From: an uncultured candidatus Porisulfidus sp.
Lineage (GTDB): Bacteria; Pseudomonadota; Gammaproteobacteria; Poriferisulfidales; Poriferisulfidaceae
NCBI GenBank assembly: GCA_965116025.1
Contig: OZ220480.1
Location: forward strand, 1,632,001 to 1,696,000
DNA: 64,000 nt
Reading direction: 5' to 3'
A program made the translations under genes and the position numbers. The notes beneath the pieces are model-generated. The model did no database searches. It was given only the letters and a program-made list of their open reading frames with translations, and had not been told where the DNA came from. Below, piece by piece: positions 30,826-40,353 of this stretch. Position 1 is the stretch's first letter, and each line of letters starts with the position of its first letter.

Positions 30826-30852
30826 TATTGACGGGTTGATGCTTGACAGCTT

Positions 30853-31107
30853 ATGGGCGACAGAAAAGAGCGATTATTGCAGGCCATTCTTCGTGGACGG
30901 TCGGACGCGAACATACGGTTCTCCGATTTGCGGGCCCTGATGCGTGATTTGGGTTTCAAGGAGCGGATACGCGGGAGTCACCCTCTCTTCAGCAGGAAAG
31001 GTGTTGTGGAAATTGTCAACCTGCAAGGCCATAGCGGACATGTCAAGCCTTATCAAGTGAGGCAGATCCGCCAATTGATTCTGAAATACAAATTGGGAGA
31101 AAGTTGA
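30853..31107 (+). CDS. hicA: HicA family toxin (mRNA interferase)
   Basis: IRFSDL...LGFKERIRGSH...KPYQVRQ, 84 aa, basic. Confidence 0.85.
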   Translation: MGDRKERLLQAILRGRSDANIRFSDLRALMRDLGFKERIRGSHPLFSRKGVVEIVNLQGHSGHVKPYQVRQIRQLILKYKLGES

Positions 31108-31319
31108 TGCAAAAGTACGAAATAATCCTTTATTGGAGTAACGAGGACCAAGCGTTTATCGCCGAGGCCCCTGAATTGCCCGGTTGCATAGCACACGGTG
31201 ACGATCAAGAAACAGCGTTATGCAATATCAAAAACGCTATGGAGTTCTGGATTGAGCGGGCACAGGAACTTGGGCGACCCATTCCTCAACCGAAGGGTGA
31301 ACGCTTGATGTTTGCTTGA
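31107..31319 (+). CDS. hicB: HicB family antitoxin (short form)
   Basis: KYEIILYWSNEDQAFIAEAPELPGCIAHG...PIPQPKG; start overlaps the hicA stop. Confidence 0.88.
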   Translation: MQKYEIILYWSNEDQAFIAEAPELPGCIAHGDDQETALCNIKNAMEFWIERAQELGRPIPQPKGERLMFA

Positions 31320-31360
31320 ACGCAGGGTCCAGTAATGTGGTTAAGAAGCCTCATGACACG

Positions 31361-34357
31361 ATGAAACTCCGTTTCGAGTCTGATCTCGACTTCCAGTTGC
31401 AAGCGGTAGATGCCGTTTGTGATTTGTTTCAAGGGCAGGAAACCTGCACGACTGAATTCACGGTCATTCAAGATCAGTCAGATTTGCGGGATACGATTGG
31501 TTTACCTCAGAACATTCTCGGTGTAGGTAACAGATTGACGTTGCCGGACGATAAGATTTTTAAGAATTTGAGAACGATTCAGCGTCGTAATCACCTGCCA
31601 CCGTCCGCGTCTCTAGACACTGGCGATTTCACCGTCGAAATGGAAACTGGTACTGGCAAGACATATGTTTACCTACGCACGATATTCGAACTGAACAAAC
31701 GCTACCGCTTCACCAAGTTCATCATCGTTGTACCATCGGTCGCGATCAAAGAAGGTGTCCACAAATCACTCCAGATGACTGAAGCTCATTTTCGTGCACT
31801 CTATTCAGGCGCACAGTTTGATTACTTCCTCTACGATTCAGCGAAGCTCGGTCAGGTTCGTAATTTCGTAGCTAGTCCGCACATCCAGATCATGGTGATG
31901 ACAGTCGGTGCCATCAATAAAAAAGATATCAATAACCTCTATAAGGATAGCGAAAAAACCGGCGGTGAAAAGCCGATAGACCTTATCAAAGCTACTAGAC
32001 CGATCCTGATTGTGGATGAACCGCAGAGCGTGGATGGTGGTTTGAGAGGGCGAGGTAAAGAGGCCTTGGGTTTAATGGACCCAATGTGCACGCTACGCTA
32101 TTCGGCAACGCATGTTGATCAGCACCATATGGTTTACCGTCTGGATGCCATCAATGCCTACGAGCGCAAATTGGTCAAGCAGATCGAGGTGGCATCGGCG
32201 GCGGTGGAGAATGCTCACAACCGGCCTTATGTTCGGCTGATATCAACAAGCAACACCCGCGGAATCAGCGCACGTGTTGAGCTTGATGTTGAAACTTTGG
32301 GTGGGCATGTCCATCGCACGGTGAAATCGGTTCGAGACGGGGACGATATTGAACAGGTGACAGGTCGTGCGGTTTATCACGACTGTCGCATTGGCGAGGT
32401 CGGGGTTGGGGAAAACGGTGCCTTCGTTAGGCTTTACGTACCGGGTGGAGAGTATTTCCTCCAGAAGGGGGAGGCTTGGGGAGATATGGATAGCACTACT
32501 ATCCACCGCCAGATGATCCGACGAACGATTCGTGAGCATCTCGAGAAAGAGAAACGTCTTCGCCCGCAGGGAATCAAGGTACTCAGCCTTTTCTTCGTGG
32601 ATGCCGTGGGAAACTACCGCCGCTATGACGAGGCTGGAAACGCTATCAAGGGCGTGTATGCGCGTATATTTGAGGAAGAGTACCAGTTGCTCGCGCAGAC
32701 TCGCGACTATCAAGAACTATTCAAGGAAGTGGATCTCACGGTCGCGGCCGGGGAAGCTCACGACGGTTATTTCTCGATAGATAGGAAAGGTGGATGGACG
32801 GACACCATCGAAAATAACCAGACTAATCGCGACAACGCAGAGCGCGCCTATAGCCTCATCATGAAGGAAAAGGAGAAGTTGCTCAGTCTTGATGAGCCGC
32901 TCAAATTTATTTTCTCACATTCAGCGTTGCGCGAGGGATGGGACAATCCCAATGTCTTCCAAATCTGCGTCCTGCGCGACATCCAGACCGAGCTTGGGCG
33001 TCGTCAAACGATTGGACGTGGTTTACGCCTTTGCGTCAACCAGCGCGGTGAACGCCTACGTGGTTTTGAGTTGAATACGCTAACAGTGATAGCGAGGGAA
33101 AACTATGAGGAGTTTGCTGAAAATCTGCAGCATGAAATAGAGAAGGATACTGGGAGACCACTGGGAGTCATTGGACCAGATCAGTTCGCAGATATTCAGG
33201 TTGATGACGAAGGTACGGAGGATTTTTTTGGCGTGGATAGGTCACAACGCGTATATGACGATTTGCGAGCCAGATCTTATATTGATAAGGATGGACGAAT
33301 ACAGGACTCTCTTCGTAAGGCGGTCTGGGACGATACCCTGATTCTACCTAATGAGTTCGATAGGCAGAGAGCGGACATCATTTCCGTGTTGCAGAAATTT
33401 GCGAGAGGCGTTGAAATCAAAAATGCCGATAAGCGCCAAATTGTACGTCCACGTCAGGCGGTGATCGACAGCCCTGAATTCAGAGCATTGTGGAGTCGCA
33501 TCAAATACAAGACTGCCTACCACGTGACCTTCGATAATAAGGAGTTACTAAAAGAAGCGACTAAAGCATTGAAAAATTCGGACCATATATCTCCAACACA
33601 TTTGCAGTGGCGCAAAGCGGAGATATCTATCGGTCAGGCCGGAGTGGAGACATCTGAAATATCAAGAGCGGCACCTGTCGCTCTTGAAGATGCCGATATT
33701 GATCTTCCTGATCTGCTTACCGAGTTGCAAGATCGAACGCAGCTCACTCGGCACAGTATTTATAAAATCCTTATTCGCAGTGAACGTCTTGATGACTTTA
33801 AGCGTAATCCACAGCAGTTTATAGAGCGTACCGCGGATATCATTAATCGCTGCAAACAGTGTGCGTTGATCAACGGCATCAAATATCGACGGATGGGGAA
33901 AAACGCTTATCGCGCTCTGGAGTTTTCTGAACAAGAGCTAATTGGCTACTTAAAGAACACCATAACGCCTAAAAACCCTGAGAAGTCGGTTTATGAAAAG
34001 GTCGTTTATGAATCTGCTATAGAGCGCCGATTTGCTGAGGATTTGGACGCGCACGAGAGCGTTAAGCTTTATGCCAAACTGCCGAACTGGTTCAAGGTGC
34101 CGACACCGCTTGGAAGCTATAACCCCGATTGGGCTGTTCTGATTGCTACTGATGAAGGCGAACAGCTTTATTTCGTTGTTGAAACAAAAGGAAGCACACT
34201 TTTGGACGATTTACGAGGTGCGGAAGCGGACAAGATAAAGTGCGGCAAGGAGCATTTTCGAGCACTCCAGGGGTGTTCGAAATCGGCTAAATACGAGGTT
34301 GTTACCAGCGTTGATGAGCTACTTGAGAGAACGTTGCGAGATGATGGCTCGACTTGA
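31361..34357 (+). CDS. res: Type III R-M restriction endonuclease/helicase
   Basis: FTVEMETGTGKT, IVDEPQ, LRYSAT, SALREGWDNPNVFQIC, QTIGRGLR and YNPDWA...VVETKG motifs. Confidence 0.95.
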   Translation: MKLRFESDLDFQLQAVDAVCDLFQGQETCTTEFTVIQDQSDLRDTIGLPQNILGVGNRLTLPDDKIFKNLRTIQRRNHLPPSASLDTGDFTVEMETGTGKTYVYLRTIFELNKRYRFTKFIIVVPSVAIKEGVHKSLQMTEAHFRALYSGAQFDYFLYDSAKLGQVRNFVASPHIQIMVMTVGAINKKDINNLYKDSEKTGGEKPIDLIKATRPILIVDEPQSVDGGLRGRGKEALGLMDPMCTLRYSATHVDQHHMVYRLDAINAYERKLVKQIEVASAAVENAHNRPYVRLISTSNTRGISARVELDVETLGGHVHRTVKSVRDGDDIEQVTGRAVYHDCRIGEVGVGENGAFVRLYVPGGEYFLQKGEAWGDMDSTTIHRQMIRRTIREHLEKEKRLRPQGIKVLSLFFVDAVGNYRRYDEAGNAIKGVYARIFEEEYQLLAQTRDYQELFKEVDLTVAAGEAHDGYFSIDRKGGWTDTIENNQTNRDNAERAYSLIMKEKEKLLSLDEPLKFIFSHSALREGWDNPNVFQICVLRDIQTELGRRQTIGRGLRLCVNQRGERLRGFELNTLTVIARENYEEFAENLQHEIEKDTGRPLGVIGPDQFADIQVDDEGTEDFFGVDRSQRVYDDLRARSYIDKDGRIQDSLRKAVWDDTLILPNEFDRQRADIISVLQKFARGVEIKNADKRQIVRPRQAVIDSPEFRALWSRIKYKTAYHVTFDNKELLKEATKALKNSDHISPTHLQWRKAEISIGQAGVETSEISRAAPVALEDADIDLPDLLTELQDRTQLTRHSIYKILIRSERLDDFKRNPQQFIERTADIINRCKQCALINGIKYRRMGKNAYRALEFSEQELIGYLKNTITPKNPEKSVYEKVVYESAIERRFAEDLDAHESVKLYAKLPNWFKVPTPLGSYNPDWAVLIATDEGEQLYFVVETKGSTLLDDLRGAEADKIKCGKEHFRALQGCSKSAKYEVVTSVDELLERTLRDDGST

Positions 34358-34374
34358 TCCTTGGATGGTAAATC

Positions 34375-34815
34375 GTGGACGCGCGAATAGTTGACCAGCC
34401 TTTCGACCCTTGCCGGGAAATCCAGGAGTTTCTGTCAGCCCACGCGGACCTTCGTGGAAAATATGGCGCGATGGTGGTGTTCGTTGGCGCGATGCGGTCG
34501 CGCAACGAGGGAGATTCGGTCCGATCTATGAACTTGGAGCACTACCCAGAGATGACCCAGAGGCATCTGGAGAATATCGCGCGCCAGGCCCAGGACCGAT
34601 TCGGACTCTTGGCCGTGCTCGTGCGCCATCGCGTTGGAAAAATCCAGCCAGGCGAGGATATCGTCCTCGTCTCGGTTTGGGCGGAGCGCAGAAAGGCCGC
34701 GTATGAAGGCAATCGGTTCCTTATGGAGGAACTCAAATCCACCGCTCCTTTTTGGAAAGAGGAAACTCTCGAGAGCGGCGAGCGGCGTTGGGTAGAGAAG
34801 AACTCCCCGGGATGA
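34375..34815 (+). CDS. moaE: Molybdopterin synthase catalytic subunit
   Basis: GAMVVFVG, LEHYPEMT, HRVG and LKSTAPFWKEE motifs. Confidence 0.93.
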   Translation: MDARIVDQPFDPCREIQEFLSAHADLRGKYGAMVVFVGAMRSRNEGDSVRSMNLEHYPEMTQRHLENIARQAQDRFGLLAVLVRHRVGKIQPGEDIVLVSVWAERRKAAYEGNRFLMEELKSTAPFWKEETLESGERRWVEKNSPG

Positions 34816-34817
34816 TA

Positions 34818-36080
34818 TCAGATGATCTCGCTGAACGGGATCACGTCGACGGCTTCTCCTTCCTGAACATCGCCACGCTCCATCGGTAGCATGATGAAGC
34901 AGTTCGCCCGGCTCATCGAAGTCAGGATTCCAGATCCCTGCGCGCCCGCGCGATCAACAGCGAGGTCGCCGTCAACGTTTCGGCGAAGCTCTCCTCGCTG
35001 GTATTCCACACGACCTTTCCTCTTGCGTAATGGCGAGGCGGCTGGAACGCGAAGGACCAGGGGTTCCCGCTCGGCCATCCCAGCCATGCGAAGCAGGGCG
35101 GGATGCGCGAATTGGTAGAACGTGACCATAACCGAGACCGGATTTCCGGGCAAGCCGAAGAAGCTCGCGGACCCGATTCGCCCGAACGCGAGGGGCCGAC
35201 CAGGCTTGACCGCGACCTTCCAGAAGCTCACGTCACCCAGCTCGCCAAGAACGTCCTTAACGTAATCGGCTTCCCCTACCGAGACTCCACCGGACGTGAT
35301 CACCACGTCGGCTCGCTCAGAAGCATCGAGAAACGCTTTCCGGATCGCCACCCGGTCGTCGCGCTTCACTCCCATATCCAGAGGATCGATATGGAGGCGT
35401 CGAAGCATGGCGGATAAGGTATATCGATTGCTGTTGTATATCTGCCCTTCCTCTAAGGGTTCGCCCACTTCCCGTAGCTCGTCGCCTGTGGAAAAAAACG
35501 CCGCTCGGACGCGCCGGCGGACCAAGACCTCGGTAATCCCGACCGAAGCGAGTAAACCCAATTCCGCGGGGCCAATTAGACACCCGGATTCCAAGATGAC
35601 CGTTCCGGCCGCGATATCTTCTCCAGCCGCTCGGACGTTTTGGCCGGGTTTCTCGCCCGCCGGAATCTTGATTTTTTTCTCGTCAAGGTTCTGGACTCTT
35701 TCTTGGATTACCACGGTGTCCGCGGCATCTGGCATGATTCCTCCCGTCATGATGCGAACGCATTCCCGCCTTTCTACTTTTCCGCCGTAAGGATGGCCAG
35801 CGAATGATGAGCCGATTAGCGTGAATGTTGCAGGAGCGTCGGATGGTAGATCTTGTCCGCGCAGGGCGTAGCCATCCATCGCGGAGTTGGCGTGCCCAGG
35901 TACATTGATTCCAGAAGAGATGCTGGAGGCCAGAACGCGGTCGAGCGCGTCCATGGTGGAAACGGTCTCCGTTTCGTCAACGGGAAGAATGGCGGCGCGA
36001 ATTCGCTCCGAGGCCTGATCTGGAGTGATCGATTCCGGATCGAAATCGTCCATGCAACTGAACGCCGCTTTCACGCTCAT
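34818..36080 (-). CDS. moeA: Molybdopterin molybdotransferase
   Basis: NSAMDGYA, RIMTG, STGDEL, SGGVSVGEADY, KPGRP and GLPGNPVS motifs. Confidence 0.96.
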   Translation of the reverse strand: MSVKAAFSCMDDFDPESITPDQASERIRAAILPVDETETVSTMDALDRVLASSISSGINVPGHANSAMDGYALRGQDLPSDAPATFTLIGSSFAGHPYGGKVERRECVRIMTGGIMPDAADTVVIQERVQNLDEKKIKIPAGEKPGQNVRAAGEDIAAGTVILESGCLIGPAELGLLASVGITEVLVRRRVRAAFFSTGDELREVGEPLEEGQIYNSNRYTLSAMLRRLHIDPLDMGVKRDDRVAIRKAFLDASERADVVITSGGVSVGEADYVKDVLGELGDVSFWKVAVKPGRPLAFGRIGSASFFGLPGNPVSVMVTFYQFAHPALLRMAGMAEREPLVLRVPAASPLRKRKGRVEYQRGELRRNVDGDLAVDRAGAQGSGILTSMSRANCFIMLPMERGDVQEGEAVDVIPFSEII

Positions 36081-36613
36081 CCTCGCGAGCGTCTCAGCAT
36101 GACGTTGACCGCCCCAGTATTGCCAGGCACGCTGTGGAAGCCGAGAACCTCTGGATGTTGAGGCAGGACGGCATCAACAAGCCCTTTCAGTCGCGAGCTG
36201 CGACTTTCGGAATGATGTCCTTTGCCGTGAATCAGGCGCAGGAAGAGGTGGTCTTCCTGTTGCGCGCGAGCGATTGATCTAGTGATGGTGTCGCATGCCT
36301 CTCGGGCGTTCAGTCCGTGCAGGTCTATTTCATCAAGGTAGGGAGCAAGCCGACCTCGGCGCAGGTTTTGGTAGTCCCTGTCCCGAAGTCCTGAGCGACG
36401 CCAGCTTAGAATCTCCTTTCCGTCCTTGGGAGAGAAGTTTGGCACTTCAAGCGTGTGAATTGGAATGGTATTCGCCGCCACTCCTCGTCGTTGGGAAAAA
36501 GGCGAGGGATGTTTGCTGGAAGCGTGGCTGGATTGAGAGTGACCGTCTAACGGCGTGACTCCCGCCATGGCTTGCTTAAACGCTTCGAGATCCTCGTCTC
36601 TGATTTTGTCCAT
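36077..36613 (-). CDS. Smr/MutS2 domain protein
   Basis: FKQAMAGVTPL, IDLHGL and IHGKG motifs; ATGA overlap with moeA. Confidence 0.88.
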   Translation of the reverse strand: MDKIRDEDLEAFKQAMAGVTPLDGHSQSSHASSKHPSPFSQRRGVAANTIPIHTLEVPNFSPKDGKEILSWRRSGLRDRDYQNLRRGRLAPYLDEIDLHGLNAREACDTITRSIARAQQEDHLFLRLIHGKGHHSESRSSRLKGLVDAVLPQHPEVLGFHSVPGNTGAVNVMLRRSRG

Positions 36614-36661
36614 GATGAAAAGAAGGGTTTTCGTTAATCATCAAGTATACCCAAGCCGAAT

Positions 36662-36958
36662 TTGGATATCTGGCTGGAAGGGAAAACCCATACGATTGAG
36701 AGGAGAGTGCAGGAAAAGTTGAAGCAAGTGAAATTTGGAGCCAGTCAGGCCATGGGTATCGGAGATTATTCAGGATTGGTCGCCAAGATTTATTTGGGAA
36801 GAATGGAAGAGTGCATGAAGAAAATCGAGTCCGATATCCATAGCGATATAGAAGCCAGGTTCAAGAGTCTTCAATGGTTTATTCTGGCCACCATCAGTGC
36901 GGCGGTAGGAATCATTGGCGTGCTGTCAACTATGCGGGTGGGTAATCGCGCTATCTGA
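36662..36958 (+). CDS. Hypothetical small protein: coiled coil plus C-terminal TM helix (start uncertain)
   Basis: RMEECMKKIESDIHSDIEARFKSLQW followed by hydrophobic FILATISAAVGIIGVL; AT-richer than the flanks. Confidence 0.4.
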   Translation: MDIWLEGKTHTIERRVQEKLKQVKFGASQAMGIGDYSGLVAKIYLGRMEECMKKIESDIHSDIEARFKSLQWFILATISAAVGIIGVLSTMRVGNRAI

Positions 36959-37149
36959 AAGCGCATCATTAAGATCGTAGCCTACCTTTGGGTGGAAAGA
37001 TGCCACGCATGGGATGATTCATCCAATATCGGGCGAGATATTAATGCCAATCAGTCGTTTGGCGCACCAGCTCGCTAGCAGTCGGAAGGGAACTTAAGGT
37101 TAAAATGCGGACGGATGGGTTGTCGTTATCCTTGCGACCGCGCGCCACT

Positions 37150-37905
37150 ATGCACCTATTGCTCAGCAATGACGACGGCTATCAGGCCCCTGGGCTCGAA
37201 TGCCTAGCGGAGCGCTTAGGCGAACTGGCCTCGCTCACCGTGATCGCCCCGTCTCGCGACCGGAGTGGAGCGAGCAACTCCCTGACGCTGGGCCAAGACC
37301 TTCACGTGCGCGTCGCCCCGAATGGGTTTTACTACGTGGAGGAGGGCACGCCGACCGATTGCGTGCATCTCGGGATTACCGGGCTGATGGATCCAGAACC
37401 GGACATGGTGGTGTCCGGGATCAACGCCGGAGCCAATCTGGGAGACGATGTGCTTTATTCCGGCACGGTCGCGGCGGCCATGGAGGGCCGGACGCTGGGA
37501 TCTCCCGCGATCGCGGTTTCTCTCACGTCGAGGGCTCCACGGCATTATGAGACTGCCGCCCAAATCACTAGGGCTTTGATTTGCCACCTCAAGGAACGAG
37601 AGCTCCCGCCCGAGATCATTCTGAACGTCAATGTTCCAGATATTCCTCTTGGGGAATTACGAGGCTTGCGCATGACTCGATTGGGACATCGGCATCGAGC
37701 GGAACCGGCGATTCGGCAAAACAGAGGGAACGGCAGTTCCGTTTGGCGCGTCGGGCCGCCTGGACCAGACAAAGATGGCGGCGAGGGAACGGATTTCCAC
37801 GCGATTCGGGAAGGATTCGCCTCCGTCACGCCAATGCATGTGGATCTCACTCGGCATCGAGATTTCAGCACCCTATCGGAATGGTTGCGGCAGATCGCTT
37901 TGTGA
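37150..37905 (+). CDS. surE: 5'/3'-nucleotidase SurE
   Basis: LLSNDDG, SGASNSLT, GTPTDCV and SGINAGANLGDDVLYSGTVAAAMEG motifs. Confidence 0.97.
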   Translation: MHLLLSNDDGYQAPGLECLAERLGELASLTVIAPSRDRSGASNSLTLGQDLHVRVAPNGFYYVEEGTPTDCVHLGITGLMDPEPDMVVSGINAGANLGDDVLYSGTVAAAMEGRTLGSPAIAVSLTSRAPRHYETAAQITRALICHLKERELPPEIILNVNVPDIPLGELRGLRMTRLGHRHRAEPAIRQNRGNGSSVWRVGPPGPDKDGGEGTDFHAIREGFASVTPMHVDLTRHRDFSTLSEWLRQIAL

Positions 37906-38567
37906 GCCCGGTTCGAGACGAAGGGGCGGGCATGACCGCTGTGCGGCACCGGGAAAATCTGGTCGAGCGGTTGCGCGAGAAGGGCATTAAGAACGAAGCC
38001 GTGCTGCGGGCTATGCGCGAGACTCCGCGGCACCGTTTCGTGAGCGACGCGGTCGCGCGTCACGCTTACCGCGATGACGCTTTGCCCATTGGGTATAGCC
38101 AGACCATCTCCCAGCCATACATCGTGGCTTTCATGACGCAAACCCTGCTTGAGCCGGAGCCTCCTAGGAATGTGCTGGAGATCGGCACTGGCTCAGGCTA
38201 TCAATCCGCGGTTTTGGCGAAGCTTATTCGGCGGGTCTACAGTATCGAGCGCATCCCTCAACTGCATCAGCAATCCACCCGGATCTTGCGCGAGCTTGGT
38301 CTCGGCAACGTCTCGACTCGTCAGGGCGATGGAAGCGAGGGCTGGCCTGAATGCGCGCCCTATGAGGCGATCTTGATCACGGCCGCGACTCCAAGGCCGC
38401 CTGACGCGCTCCTGAATCAGCTGGCCGAAGGAGGGCGGCTGCTGCTCCCGGAGGGGGAGCACGACGGACCTCAGGCGCTAACGCTCTACACTCGCTCCTC
38501 GACGGGGATGAGGCGGGAGGAACTCATGGATGTCGCGTTCGTGCCGCTGGTGCCCCGGACGGAATGA
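37902..38567 (+). CDS. pcm: Protein-L-isoaspartate O-methyltransferase
   Basis: PRHRF, QTISQPYIVA, VLEIGTGSGYQ and FVPL motifs; GTG overlaps the surE stop. Confidence 0.95.
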   Translation: MSPVRDEGAGMTAVRHRENLVERLREKGIKNEAVLRAMRETPRHRFVSDAVARHAYRDDALPIGYSQTISQPYIVAFMTQTLLEPEPPRNVLEIGTGSGYQSAVLAKLIRRVYSIERIPQLHQQSTRILRELGLGNVSTRQGDGSEGWPECAPYEAILITAATPRPPDALLNQLAEGGRLLLPEGEHDGPQALTLYTRSSTGMRREELMDVAFVPLVPRTE

Positions 38568-39145
38568 GCATGCGCCTATTCTCCGGGCTATATGAATGGA
38601 CGTTGCGCTGGTCCGGACACTCTCGGGCCCCTTGGGCCCTGAGTGGGCTGAGCTTCTTGGAATCCACCGTGTTTCCCATTCCCCCGGATGTCATGCTGGC
38701 TCCCATGGTGCTGGCGGAGCCGTCGAGGTGGTTGCGCTACGCGGCGTTAACTACGATCTTCTCGGTCTTGGGAGGGATCCTTGGCTATTTGCTTGGATTC
38801 TGGGCCTTCGACTGGGCATCCCCTTGGCTGTCCGGTAGCGATGACGCGTTCTCCGAGGCTCTGGAGTTGTTCCGGAAATGGGGCGTCTGGATCGTCTTCG
38901 TCGCTGCCTTCACTCCGATTCCGTACAAGGTTTTCACGCTCGGGGCTGGTTTTTTAGGGCTCGCGTTCGTTCCGTTCGTCGTCGCTTCCACGGTGGGGCG
39001 AGCGGCCAGGTTCTTCCTAGTTGCCGGCCTCGCGCGCTGGGTGGGGGGTCGTTACGAATCCTTGCTACGCCGTCATGTGGAAGCGATAGGCTGGTTAATC
39101 GTCGCTATTTTGGTGGCGGTTTTCGTATATCGAGAATGGCTCTGA
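38564..39145 (+). CDS. yqaA: YqaA/DedA family membrane protein
   Basis: SFLESTVFPIPPDVMLAPM, FTPIPYKVFT and GRAARFF motifs. Confidence 0.88.
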   Translation: MSMRLFSGLYEWTLRWSGHSRAPWALSGLSFLESTVFPIPPDVMLAPMVLAEPSRWLRYAALTTIFSVLGGILGYLLGFWAFDWASPWLSGSDDAFSEALELFRKWGVWIVFVAAFTPIPYKVFTLGAGFLGLAFVPFVVASTVGRAARFFLVAGLARWVGGRYESLLRRHVEAIGWLIVAILVAVFVYREWL

Positions 39146-39903
39146 TAAGGAGCATCCGGCAGGCATTGATTCTTGGCGCGCTGTGCGTGGGCGCCGCCTC
39201 TTGCGCGAGCCTCCCCGACATCTTGCCATTTCCTTCACCTTCTCCTAAGGAGAAAGCCGAAACCCCGGTCATACGCGGGAAATCTTGCCGCCCGGTGCGG
39301 AACAAGGACATTACTTACACCGTTCGCAAGGGGGATACGCTTGGAGAGATCGCGCAATGCTTCAAGGCGAGCCGGCATAATATCGCTAGACGCAACAACA
39401 TCAAGAATCCGAACAGGATAAAGGTCGGGCAGAAGCTCATCATTCCGGCGCGGACTGGCAAGGCTGCACGGAGCGGAAGCAAGACGCCACTGAAAAAAGC
39501 GTCGAAACCCATGCGGCCGCCAGCTCGCGCGAAAAGCGGCATCGTCTGGGCTTGGCCCGTCAAGGGCAAGATCATCCGCAAGTTTTCTCCCAAAGGGTCC
39601 GGAAAACAGGGGATCGCCATTTCCGGGAAGATGGGACAGGCGATCAAGTCCGCCGCGTCAGGAAAGGTGGTCTACAGTGGAGATGGTTTGGTGGGCTATG
39701 GAAGGTTGATCATCGTGCAGCACGAGAAGGAATTTCTCACGGCCTACGCGCATAACGACCGCTTGCTGGTGAAGGAGGGGCAACGCGTCAAGAAAGGACA
39801 GATGATCGCGCGGATGGGGAAGACGGCCGCGAGGTCGCCGCGGCTTCATTTCGAGATGCGCTACAAGGGCAAGCCGGTCGACCCGCTCGCGTATCTTCCC
39901 TAG
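39136..39903 (+). CDS. nlpD: LysM + M23 peptidase-domain lipoprotein
   Basis: Lipobox-like AASC, YTVRKGDTL LysM, WAWPVKG, AYAHN, LHFEMR and PVDPL; conserved position after yqaA. Confidence 0.85.
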   Translation: MALIRSIRQALILGALCVGAASCASLPDILPFPSPSPKEKAETPVIRGKSCRPVRNKDITYTVRKGDTLGEIAQCFKASRHNIARRNNIKNPNRIKVGQKLIIPARTGKAARSGSKTPLKKASKPMRPPARAKSGIVWAWPVKGKIIRKFSPKGSGKQGIAISGKMGQAIKSAASGKVVYSGDGLVGYGRLIIVQHEKEFLTAYAHNDRLLVKEGQRVKKGQMIARMGKTAARSPRLHFEMRYKGKPVDPLAYLP

Positions 39904-40274
39904 GCCGGAAGGATCATGCAGGCCGCGATTTCGCGGCCATCTTGGGCCAGCAGGTTGTAGGTTCTACAGGCTGCCGCCGTGGTCATCGCTTCTAGACCGA
40001 TCTCCCGGGCCAGCAGATTTCCGTAGACCTCAGGATCGGGCAAGCGAAGCTTCGCGCCCGTCCCGAGGATCACTAGTTCGGGCTCGCGCTGAAGCGCCGC
40101 CGCGAAGTGTTCCGCTGTCAGTGGGGTGTTGGCGGGAATCTGCCACGGTTTAAGGTGGCTCCCGGGCAGAAGCATGAAACTTTCGGTGAGGAGCCGATCA
40201 TTGACGAGGATCCCCTCGGCGCCGCACGAGTGAATCACGAACTCCGCCGTCGCGCGATCTTCCTCAAACTGCAT
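39900..40274 (-). CDS. Mth938-like domain protein (DUF498)
   Basis: PELVILGTGA, IGLEAMTTAAACRTYNLLAQDGR. Confidence 0.9.
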   Translation of the reverse strand: MQFEEDRATAEFVIHSCGAEGILVNDRLLTESFMLLPGSHLKPWQIPANTPLTAEHFAAALQREPELVILGTGAKLRLPDPEVYGNLLAREIGLEAMTTAAACRTYNLLAQDGREIAACMILPA

Positions 40275-40353
40275 GCGATTGACTATAATGGATGAAAGCA
40301 GGGCATTCGCCGTTGCGTGATTATAGAAAACCCAGACCGGCGGCCGCACTCCC

